A model generated the notes under the pieces. It was not told the DNA's origin. It ran no database searches and worked only from the letters and a program-made list of their open reading frames with translations. The position numbers and the translations under genes are program-made. This document shows, one piece after another, positions 50,534 through 62,355 of a stretch of DNA of 64,000 nucleotides. Positions within the stretch are counted from its first letter, which is position 1. Every line of letters begins with the position of its first letter. Source of the stretch: Eledone cirrhosa (Eukaryota). The stretch lies in contig OZ024743.1 in assembly GCA_964016885.1 (NCBI GenBank), forward strand, positions 146,754,001 to 146,818,000. Direction: 5' to 3'.

Positions 50534-52977
50534 ACTGGGTAATTGCTGGCCTTGTGCCTAAAGTAGAAACAATTATTTTATACTACAAGGCACCATGTTC
50601 AAATCATTCTAAGAATGAATTAGTTACATTTCCCATTTGCCCATGTAATCACAGAAAGTGGTTCAATGAAGAGGGTGTTTAACTGATTGGGAAAAAGTTT
50701 CAACAATTTGTATTCTTTGACATGTAAGCTATACATTTTCTTTTAATAAATATATAATTTTAGGCTTACTGCTGTGGTTAGAGAAAGATGAAAACGATCT
50801 CACTACTAACAGTTCTTTTAGATCTTCAGCAGAGAAAGAATACTTAACTTCTGACTATAGAGTGATTGGTCGATCATAGCTATTTATACCCAATACAAAC
50901 TAGGATTCAGCTAAATTAGTCTAATTTTCACAAACAGAGCATATGGTATAAATTATGTTTTTTCATAGTTTTATCATAGTTTTTCTGGCTTGATGCACTT
51001 CCTAACCTCAACCAGTTTACAACATTGACTAGGTCTACTTTATCATACCACCAGCACTACAGAGATTGTTATCAGTACATGCAATTTTATGTAAATTTCA
51101 AAGGAACAAGAAAAAATATATGATGTGGGTTGTATTTTGGATTATGTTCTGTCATTAGTACTCTATTGTGTCCATGATTAAGACATGTAAATCTTGTTAT
51201 CCTAGCTGCAGATAGGTTTCAAAGATGGGAGCTATATTTCACTTCTCTGAGCTGTCAAAAGACTGACTGTAGAAGGTTTTTCCTTTGGTATACCTTACAG
51301 GAAGAGGAGCTAAGCATGTAAATTAATGTTGAGAAATAAATAAAACAAAAAATGTGGAATTATCTTCCCTTTTCATGAAGAATCACAAGCAGTTGCTGCT
51401 AGGTTCTTGTTTTTTCTCCAAGAGAGAAATTTCAATTAATTTAGACATTTTTATATACAACATTCTTTATATCATCTGACTTATTTATCTAAATTCATAC
51501 CACTGACCCATTTAAGTTATTTCCCTTAGTTCAGGTATTTTTTTTTACAATGAGACTGAAAGTTCATCTTAGAAATACATTATTTGCATTCTGTTCAGTG
51601 GTATAGTGAAAAGGTTAGGTTCTTGTCAAATTAAATCTATGATGAAATTTTAATTTCATTTATCAAAGGAAAAGATGTTACAAACTACCGCTCCTTTTTC
51701 TCTATAAATCTGAAGTTAGTGTATCAATATTTTTTGGTTTTTAAGATTAAAATTCTTCGGATTAATAACCTCATCAATAGAGATGAACATTTTATTTAAT
51801 ATTTACATCCACATTATGTTTTGATCTGTTTGATCTCAGATTGAAATGTAGTGTAGATGTAAATATTAAAAATATTTTCCTCTCTAAAGATGAAATTAAT
51901 AGTCAGAAAATCTATAATCTTACTAACAACTCATCTCAGACATTTAAACATTATTTTTTTGTATTGTAGTTCATTATTTTCTTTATTTAAGGTTCATGAA
52001 AGAATTATTTAACAAACTATTTTATTTGAATTTACTCAATTCACTCATTCTATTAGTTTTGTATTTTTATGCTATTTCTCTCAACCCATCATTCAGTTAT
52101 TTATTACACATTTTGAGACTATTATTATCCTGAGAGTTCAGCTTTTGGTCATGTTTGGAACTGTGTTTAGTTGCTTATATTGTTATCTTCCCTACAACTG
52201 TAGATTCATTTATAACTCTTAGCTACATCAACACTAACAACTATAGCAACGGTAACAACCTAAAGAGGAATCCTAAAGGTTGTTGCTCAATCTGCTAGAA
52301 ATAGCTGCCAGATATTCTTCAAATCAAAATCTACATTCTTAAAGAAGTACTCATTACATAATGTTGTACTATAAAGCCAGTTTGGTTATAGTTGAAATGA
52401 ATTTGATCATAGATTTACTTAATCTGAGCAAATTTGGTGTTAATCAACTGTAACAATGACAGCATTAGCAAGAATACTAAGTGAAGGAAATAAAGTACTT
52501 CTACCTTACCTACTTTACAGATACTATTGCAAGTTATACTATAACAATTGCTAACATTCTATTGTTTTGCATCATTTATACTCAATGTTTTATTCAGTAC
52601 TATTACAGACATCCAACTCTTCTAACAAAAAATGTCTACTGTACATTCTTCCTTTTTGTAATATTTGATGATATGTTACTAATGAATAAATGATTACATT
52701 TATTTTATGGAATAATTACATCGTATTGCAAATTCTGATAGGCAACTATTAGATTAAAGATGCTCCTTTCTTTAATCTGAGTGAGCATAGGACAACTTCT
52801 AAAAAGAGATTGAAATATAATATATAATGATAATGTGGTTCCACAAGAGAAATACAACTAAAAATCCAAGACCACAGGAAACCTCATAACTAATATTTTG
52901 CAGAGAATAATGTAATTAGGTTTAAAAAAAGAGAGGACAGAATAAGTATTATACTTACATTGCCACTAAACCTTTAT

Positions 52978-53022
52978 AAGGCCTATATATGGTACCATTT
53001 CATAGTACCATATATAGGCCTT
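52978..53022. repeat. Perfect 18-bp-stem hairpin
   Basis: AAGGCCTATATATGGTAC-catttcata-GTACCATATATAGGCCTT. Confidence 0.9.
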
Positions 53023-53674
53023 CATCAACATCTACTGTTGGTTAACATTGGCAAATAATGAAGCCACACACACACACGCACATATATAGATTATTTCTGA
53101 TAATTTACATTGGTGTTTGACAGAGATACTTTTCAGCCAATGCAAGTTATAGGATTGTGGTTCTGTCATACTAACATATTAATTAACTTATTGTTATTTG
53201 ATTTGATATATCTTCCATCACCTTTTGTATTGATATTGCATTACATAAAGTTTTAATCGGGAATGTTTATAGGTATAATAATTGTATAATGATGTAATGG
53301 CAGCTATGTATTTATCTTTTGTCGCTGTGTAAGCAATGTGTGAGCTGAGCATAAATATGTATACAAAGTTTGTATTTTATATATGTCTATATGTGTATAC
53401 ACACACCGATATATATATATTTATTTATACATACACTCATCTAATTATGCAGATACATATATGCTCACATGTATTCATTTGCATACATATGTTTATATAT
53501 GTGTTTTGCACACAAGGATGGACATGTCTGCACACACATACTTTTTTTATCTACATGCAAGCTTACAAATATATAACAAATATATGAGAGATATTTGTAA
53601 CTTTGTGTGTATACACACACACACAGATATATATATATATATATACAGACTTATAAATCTTACTCTCTACCTCT

Positions 53675-53727
<53 letters not shown>

Positions 53728-53805
53728 ATATATATATGTATATACAGTATATATATATATACAAGGCTGCAAATATATCTATATTGAAAGAGAGAGAGAG
53801 AGAGA

Positions 53806-53888
<83 letters not shown>

Positions 53889-54498
53889 GAGAGAGAGAGA
53901 CAGTGAGAGAGAGAAAGTGACAGAGAGAAAGAGAGAGAGAGAGAGAGCGAAAGAGGTGGAAGGCAGAGAGACAAAATTACATGTAAACCTACATATGTTA
54001 TACATATATTATACATATGTTATACATATTTTCATTACATATAAATGTACAAACATATTCTTGCAAATATATATACATATAATGAGACATACATACAAAC
54101 ATATATATATATATATATAATGATACATACATACAAACAAACATAAATACATATATATATAAATGCATACATATATATGTACCAAGACACAATAAACACA
54201 TGTATTTAATATATTCACACCCTAATTATTGGAATTTTAAGATCAAATCTTTCAGTATTTACACAAGTTACTAAATGACTCTCTTTATTGACTGTATTGG
54301 AACAACTTGTATGTATATTCTATATCTTACATCTCATTTCTTCAGACTTTATTACCTTTGATGAAATTCACCATCTTTGAAGATATATTTGTTTCAATCG
54401 CATTGAAAAATATATTGACAATTATTTCTTTGCTCACTTTGTTTTCCTGTTTGTATTTCTTATAAATTCAAACTCAACAATACCATTATTAACCCCCC

Positions 54499-54546
<48 letters not shown>

Positions 54547-54547
54547 G

Positions 54548-54693
<146 letters not shown>

Positions 54694-54828
54694 CATATAT
54701 ATATATATTTACATATATATACACACACATACATATATATATATTATATATATATACATATACATATATATATATACATGTATATATATATATATGTGTA
54801 TATATATATGAATACATGTATATATGTA

Positions 54829-54914
<86 letters not shown>

Positions 54915-55042
54915 CACATATATATATATATTTATATATATATATACATATATATATATACACATATATATATATATTTATATATACACATATATATATA
55001 TACATATATATATATATTTATATATATACACATATATATATA

Positions 55043-55077
<35 letters not shown>

Positions 55078-55104
55078 TCATCATCATCATCATCATCACC
55101 GTTT

Positions 55105-55136
<32 letters not shown>

Positions 55137-55639
55137 CGTATATGTATATATATATATATGTATGTACATATACACATATACATGTATATATGTATACACA
55201 CATTCACACACACACACAACACACACAGACATACGTGTGTGTATGTGTCCAAATATTGGGAAATAAATTTATACTGTTGAGATATATTATCATTTTACTA
55301 AAAGTCATAATGATTCATTGCTATTTTCAAAATGGAGGTGTTGAACCTGGTAACTATTATAGTAGCAACAGTAGTAGAAGTAAAAATGTTCCTCTACGTG
55401 ATTTATGGTATCTAATTTAATTCTTTTCAAGTGTTTTTGAGTTCAAATTCCTCCAAAAGTAACTCTGGATCCTGTCACTACTGAAGTTAAATGTAAAACT
55501 ATGTCCATCTTTTGTTTCATATTATCTAGAAACATATCCAATCATCTCTAAAGTTGTCTAGGTAAACTCTAATCAAAATTATTTCACTCATGAAAACTCT
55601 TACCAAAATCGGTTGCATGCTTATGTAAGTATTTTGAAT

Positions 55640-56130
55640 TTTTTTTCATGCTCAGATTTGCTTGAAGCATGGAACAAACTACCTGCATCAGTTGTTAGCT
55701 GTCGAGACACTGCATCTTTTAAAACCTCCATGCTTCCTGAGATTCGCCAACACTACACCTGATGTCCCTCCACCCCTTCCATACACATGCACACATGTAT
55801 ATCATGACTCATACACTATTCAATTTCCTGACATTTGAGCATTATTCTATGTACTATAGGCAGTGGATTGGCAGTATTGGTAGAGTGTCGGATGTCATGC
55901 TTTGGCGTATAGAGTTATAGCCCTTGCCATTCTGAGTTCAAATCGCGCCGAGGTTAACTTTGCCTTTCATCCTTACGGGGTCGATAAAATAAAGTACCAG
56001 TAATACACTGGGTAATTGCTGGCCTTGTGCCTAACATAGAAACAATTATTCTATGTACTATACATGCACCTTTGATGATTTGTAGTGCACCTGAGGACTG
56101 TACACAATAATTTCAACATTATTATTATTA
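55640..56130 (+). mobile_element. CR1/L2-like LINE 3' end, interrupted by SINE A (55859-56046)
   Basis: AWNKLPASVVSCRDTASFKTSM resembles CR1 C-termini. (ATT)n tail. SINE TSD attattctatgtactata. Confidence 0.65.
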
Positions 56131-56477
56131 AAATGAATTTAGAGTTAAATATTATATAGGTTCATTTTTTTCATCTATTTGAAATCTTCCATTTGTAATA
56201 TTCCAAATAGCTGAACTTACAACATTTTAATTCTTGTTAAAGCCAAATCACTTCACTTATGTTGCTATTGGATGTCATACACTTTCATTCAAATTCTAAT
56301 TCCATGGATGTCATTCCAATTCTCTTTTGTTACAAATTAACATTAACCCTTATGTTACAATATTTTAATGAAAGACACTGTCAATGTGTATCAATTAATT
56401 TTTAAAATAATCAAAATTTTGATGGAATTAAAAAATATAGCTTATTTCCTTATTATTAAGTAGATGTTTAGGGTACT

Positions 56478-56821
56478 GAATTGGCAGTATTGGTAGAACG
56501 TCAGACACCATGTTTTGCAGCATGGAGTTACATCCCTTTACGTTCTGAGTTCAAATCCTGGTGAGGTTAGCTTTGCCTTTCATCCTTATAGGGCTGGTAA
56601 AATAAAGTACCAGTAATGCACTGGGGTCCATTTGATCGACTTTCCCCTCCCCTTAAAATTGGTGGTTTTGTGACTAAAGTAGAAATCATTATTAAGTTGA
56701 CATCTGAGTTCAAATCCTGCCGAGGTTAACTTTGCCTTTCATCCTTACGGGGGTCGATAAAATAAAGTACCGGTAATGCACTGGGTAATTGCTGGCCTTG
56801 TGCCTAAAGTAGAAACAATTA
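56478..56821 (+). mobile_element. SINE A long form followed by a short form inserted at its tail
   Basis: TSD att(a/g)agttgacat around 56702-56821. Confidence 0.85.
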
Positions 56822-56964
56822 TTGAGTTGACATTTGGAAAAATATTTTAAATAAAATTATGATGGAAGGTTTTAATATAAGTATGAACACTTTAAAACAA
56901 GCAGTTTTATATCAGAACCAGGGGCAGTTTCAGGTGGTTAGGTATTGCAGGCATTAATTATCTT

Positions 56965-57275
56965 AGTTGATAGAAAAATTGGGTATAAAAGGAATCATAT
57001 GTTGTGCAGGAAAGAAGATTGCATTGGAATGGTTACATAATTGTTTCTACTTTAGGCACAATGGTTACATAATGTTCATGGATAATGACTGTAGGGTGAA
57101 GAAGTGCCAGAAGTTTCTAGTGGAAGGAAGACAGGGAAGAGGAGTGCAAAGAAAGACCTTGGGAGAGGTGGAAGAAACTGATCTCAGGATACTGTACCTT
57201 ACAATAGAGATGTTTAAGGAAAGAAACAAATAGAAAGATCATATACTGGAGAAAATCTGTCTAACCTATGTAACA
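56965..57275 (+). pseudogene. Old RTE ORF C-terminal fragment
   Basis: EKLGIKGI...VKKCQKFLVEGRQGRG..RKT..EV...DL. Contains a micro-SINE insertion. Confidence 0.7.
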
Positions 57276-57323
57276 TGTCCATTCGTCTAGCTGTCTGTCT
57301 ATCTATCTATCTATCTATCTATC

Positions 57324-58298
57324 GAGTGTGCCCAGGCGCTCACGGCTCTCTGGCAGGCGGACCCGGCTGTCAGTGGAGAATCCACCTCATCATTCTATAG
57401 AGGGCTGGTGGTTAGCAGGTGCGACGACGCCCTTGGAGAGGCCCTAGGCATGGAGGAAGACGAACTGGCCAACCTGTTCGGTAGGACATTCAGCCCGGGA
57501 CCCATGGATAACTTCCAGAGGTCCCTGGCCTGGCAGTGCTACAGAAGGGCTCTGCCCGTTCGAGAAAGGCTCTACAGACACGGGCGCCCGAGTAGGGACT
57601 CCTCGAAAAAGATCTGTTCCAGATGCGTGTGCGATGAGGAAACCGTTGCACACGCATTGGTACACTGCTCGGGCATTGCCGATCTGTGGGGCTACGTCGA
57701 ACAAATGCTGTCAAGGGTGGGACCGATCCAGTTGACCAGCGAGTCTATTGTAATGATCAAGCCGCCTCCCCTCTTCAAAAACAAAGGAGAGGCGGTGTTT
57801 CTGTGCGTAATAGCCATGGCGAAAGAGGTTGTATGGTGGACGCGTCTGAAAGGACTGAGGTCAGACACCTTTCTCTCTGGTCAACAACTGGCCCATATCT
57901 TCCGATATCATTTCGGAAGAAGGATCAGGATGGAGAGAGAGAGGTGCTGCACCCCAGCTGTTTTTATGAAAGATGGGTGAAAGTGGCGAGAATGGCCCGT
58001 GTGAATGGGCCTTCACTCTACATCAGACTATAGGTGAGGAAGATGAAAGACCAAGGGAGCACCCCCTCTCTGTGCTCCCGAGGAGAAGGGTTGCACACTT
58101 TTTTTCGGGGGTGTGTGAGACCCCCCAAGGCGCCTCCTCTCTATTGAGGATTTTGTTATAAATTTTATTTTGTTATATTTTATTTTATTTTTATATTTTG
58201 TTATTGCCTCCTCCTTATTGAGGACGCCTTGTTATGTAAACTCCCCCCATTGTACTTGTCCCACTTTTTGATGCCCTGGTGGCAAATAAAAAGAAACA
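57324..58298 (+). mobile_element. 5'-truncated Tx1 LINE, sister family, inserted in (TATC)n
   Basis: ORF 57408-57980 is homologous to the ORF2 C-terminus (MDNFQRSLAWQCYRRALPVR, CSRC..ETVAHALVHC), with a different 3' UTR. (TATC)n directly on both sides. Confidence 0.92.
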
Positions 58299-58329
<31 letters not shown>

Positions 58330-58394
58330 TTGTCTGCCTGCCTGTCTGCATGTCTGTCTATTTGTCTATCTGCCTGCCTATCTATCTTTCTATC

Positions 58395-58462
58395 TGTAAA
58401 ACCCTGCCGCCACGTCTTGTAATGTCCCATTTTTGTATGCCCCTGTGGCAAATAAAGAAAGA
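58395..58462 (+). mobile_element. Short Tx1-type 3' end within TATC/TGTC repeats
   Basis: tgtccc..tttt..atgcccctgtggcaaataaagaaaga(TATC) parallels the end at 58257-58298. Confidence 0.75.
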
Positions 58463-58894
58463 TATCTATCTATCTACCTGTTTATCTGTCTGCTTGTTTT
58501 ATCTACCCTTGTGTATGATTGTCTCTTTATCACATATAATTGTTTCTACTTTAGGCACAAGGCCAGCAATTCACCAGTGCATTACTGGTACTTTATTTTA
58601 TCGACCCCGTAATCACATATAATGCACATATAACTGCACACATAACAGCAATCATGGGCATAACCTTATTTTTCCATGCACACACACATATATATTCTTA
58701 TATAAATATAGCTTGGAATTTTTAAGTTTTAAAATTTATCACAAAATTCTATTGTTCTGAATTTTTTGACAAGTTGTTGATTTTAACAAGAGCACAAAAT
58801 TTATTTCGATTTGGGCTGTAAATTATTTAAAGAATTTAAAAAAATAAAAAGAAGAAGGGAAGCAATAACAACAACAATAATGAAAATAATGATA

Positions 58895-58965
58895 ATTTTT
58901 TTATTAGCCACAAAGGGCTCACATTAAGGAAACATTAAAGACAGTACAGGACGATACAGTGTGGG
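58895..58965 (-). mobile_element. Short Tx1 3' end with ATT-like tail
   Basis: tttattagccacaaagggctc..acattaaagacagtacaggacgatacag resembles 7530-7598. Confidence 0.7.
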
Positions 58966-59014
58966 GTTTTCTATTTATAAAATTAAATAATAATAATAAT
59001 AACAATAATAATAA

Positions 59015-59735
59015 TGTTTTCTTTAATGACCACAAAAGAGTTTACAAAAAAATACATTAAGGACAGCACATGATGGTACAGGATGGAACAGATATGGGTT
59101 TCTGCATGTATATAAACAAAAAAACAAAAAATAACAAAAAAAAACGAAGGATGTAACAAAGAAATTCAATCAAAGGAAAATTCCCCAATAGTAGAAGACT
59201 TCTGAGGGTCAGTCATGGAGAAAGCCCACAAAATGCCCTCTTGCAGTTTTCCACATCCAGTCTACAGGCACATACTCAGAGCAGGTCCATTCACTGAGGC
59301 CATGCTCACCTCTCCCACCCATCTTTCAACAAATTGCTGGGAAGGGAGTACTTCCTTCTCTACCCTGATTTTTCTTTTCAAATGAAATTTGAAAAAGTTA
59401 ATCAGGGCTTTGTTGAAGAGGTAAGTGCTCATCTTCAGCCCTTTCAAATGTATCCACCACATAACCTCTTTTGTCTTGGCCACCAGGCAGATAAAAACTG
59501 CTTGTCCTTCCCAGTTAAAGGAAGGTGGCAGGGAAATCTTCACATTGGACACAACTGATAGCTGGATCTATCCTACACATGACAGTAGGTGTTTGACATA
59601 AACCCACAAGCCAGCAATGCCCAAACATTTGATGAGTGTTCAGGACAGTTTTGTCACCCTGTGTGCATCTCAGACAAGTCTAGCTAATGGCACTTCTATG
59701 CCTGTAGAGTTAATCTCAAACTGGCAAAGCTCCTG
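59015..59735 (-). mobile_element. Older 5'-truncated Tx1 copy with (ATT)n tail
   Basis: ORF 59262-59552 is homologous to the ORF2 C-terminus. 3' UTR is alignable. (AAT)n at 58987-59014. Confidence 0.92.
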
Positions 59736-59804
59736 AGCAGCAGGAGCAGGAACAGGAGGAAGAGTTCTAAAATAATTATGAGTGATGAAATGACCATTGT
59801 CTTA

Positions 59805-60531
59805 TACCAGCATAGTTACGTCCCTTTATGATTTGAGTTCAAATCCCGCCGAGGTTGACTTTGCCTTTCATCCTTACGGGGTCGATAAAATAAAGTACCA
59901 GTAATGCACTGGGTAATTGCTGGCCTTGTGCCTAAAGAAGAAACAATTATTGACAACACTGAATGACAAGACAGCCTTTCGGAAATTAGCAACAAGCTTA
60001 TTATTTCCTTTACTTTAGTAAAACTATGTTGGACAAGTAGCTGTTTGTTTATTTTGGGGGTGTAGGAATGTGGCAGAATTTCTCTTGTTAGCCCTCCCTC
60101 AAACTCAACAATTATTATTATCATCTACTTTATTATTATGTAGATTGGCAGTATTGGTTAGAGCATCGGACAACATGCTTTTTGACATAGAGTTACGACC
60201 CTTTACGTTCTGAGTTAGCTTTGCCTTTCATCCTTATGGGGTCGATAAAACAAAGGGCTAATCATGCACTAGGGTTGATTTAATTGACTTTCTCCGTTCT
60301 AAAATTGCTGACCTTCTGCCTAAATCAGAAACCATTATTAATATTCAGAAACCATTATTAATATGGGGTTAGACGCCATACTTTCCAGCATAGTTACGTC
60401 CATTTACAGTCTGAGTTCAAATCTCTCCGAGGTTAACTTTGCCTTTCATCCTTACGGGGGTCGATAAAATAAAGTACCAGTAATGTACTGGGTAATTTGC
60501 TGGCCTTGTGCCTAAAGTAGAAACAATTATT
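59805..60531 (+). mobile_element. Three SINE A copies
   Basis: 59805-59951, 60140-60340 (long) and 60365-60531. Another copy at 58540-58611 (-) has TSD atcacatataat. Confidence 0.88.
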
Positions 60532-61370
60532 ACTTTGTCCCGTAGTGTAGATGGAAAATGCACCGGAGTATTTAGTCATCTATCAAGTCACAAGAAGGAC
60601 CTAAGACAGATAATACTTTCCTTAAAATGTGTGCAGTGCCTAGCAAGGCTGATTTTTGTATGACACTCATCTTGCATTGTATTCCCAACTACTTCAAGCA
60701 GCCTTGAAGTTTCAACGGAATTGATGCTAATGCTCTGATCACAACTGGTATCACTTTCACATTACCTTCCAACATTCCAAAATTTCTTGCCATCTCCACT
60801 TTCAATTTGAAGTACTTGGTGACTTTTTTAACCTCTTTACTCACAGTATTCATGTCCTTTAGTATGGCCTGTCAGTATATTTCCTTCTTGTTCAATACAG
60901 CAATGTCTGCTTCAATACAACAATGTCAGATACTCAATTATTCTATCAATCTGATCACAATCCCAGAATATCATTGCTTTCCCATTCTCCTGCATTACAT
61001 TACTAGACACATTCTCATATCAATTCTATATTACTTGGTATTGGTATTTGCGATATAAAAGCCAATGAAAGTACAAACAGATTTATAATAGCAGCAATTG
61101 TATATGTTTTGCACAAAACTCACATTGACTTACCAATTGGGTTACATTTTCCACATTCTTTTCACAGAGTCTGCATTTCAGGGCTTCAGAAGTTTTGTAG
61201 ATGTTATACTTCACCGAATTGGTAACCGGAGCTTGGTCTTGTGCTGCAATCATAAGGCTTTCAATGGTACACTTCAAATAGCCTTGCTTAAGCCATGTCC
61301 ACAATTTTGTTTTATCTGTGGTATCCTGTGTATTTCTTTTAAATTGACCATGCATTCTCATTCCTAGAAG
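60532..61370 (-). pseudogene. Degenerate R4/Dong-like LINE 3' fragment
   Basis: MHGQF...WTWLKQGYLK..IESLMIAAQDQA...KCRLC...ENVTQLVSQC, with RLE remnants downstream. Confidence 0.85.
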
Positions 61371-61619
61371 ATCTTTTTAGTTAAGGTCCTTTATATTCTG
61401 AGTTAAAATCTTGCTTAGGGTGCTTTACACTTTCATTCTTCCAGAGTGTATAAATTATAGTACAAGTCCAGAAATCAACCCCAGTTGGTAATTATAGTAC
61501 CAGTTGACTACTGGGGTTGATTTAATCGACTAGTTTATTCCATCAAATTTCCGACCTTGTGTTTATATTAAAATCATCCATTCGTCATCATCTTCATCAT
61601 CGTTATTAATTTTGTTTTT

Positions 61620-62008
61620 AGTTATGGCCCTTTATGTCCTGAGTTAAAATCCCACTTAGGTTAACTTTGAATTTCATCTTTTTTTTAGCAGGGTTGGTTT
61701 TTGGTGGAGGTCAATAAAATAATTGTTTCTACTTTTAGCACAAGGCCAGCAATTATTATCCCAGTGTATTACTGGTACTTTATTTTATCGACCCTGTAAG
61801 TATGAAAGGTAAAGTTAACCTCGGCGGGATTTGAACTCAGATCATCCCGCTGAGGTTAACTTTGCCTTTCATCCTTACAGGGTCGATAAAATAAAGTACC
61901 AGTAATACACTGAGAAAATAATGTACCAGTCAGGTCCCAGGTGAATTTGATTAACTTTCCCATACCTCCAGAATTGCTGGCCTTGCATCTAATTGAGAAA
62001 CCATTATT
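61620..62008 (+). mobile_element. Old long SINE A containing a nested fold-back pair of short SINE A (61722-61911)
   Basis: Inverted halves meet at 61830-61845. aaaataat on both sides. Confidence 0.8.
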
Positions 62009-62308
62009 ACCACCACCACCACCACCACCACCATCATCACCATCATTGATTTCCTCATAAGGTAGTGATGATGGGGTAAAGGGTGAAAAGTGCCATTTTT
62101 TATATATTTGCTTTTCTTTTCAATATGTTCTTGGTTATGTCTTATTTAATAGCTAATCATTCCTTTATTTTGCTTTGTGTTTGTGTGTATATATATATAT
62201 GAAGTATTTCTGTAGGAAGGGTAAAGGAAAATTTTCATTCTGATGAGTGATATCAGTCATCTCTGTCTTTGTGAAACCTCTGGTAAATGGAATAATTGTC
62301 TTACATAA

Positions 62309-62340
<32 letters not shown>

Positions 62341-62355
62341 TATATATACACACAC

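Noticed and set aside
56080-56130. CR1-like 3' end with an (ATT)n tail as the SINE A partner
   Set aside because: It shares the tail but not the CTTGT stem-loop or the agaaa spacer. It is disfavoured but not excluded genome-wide.
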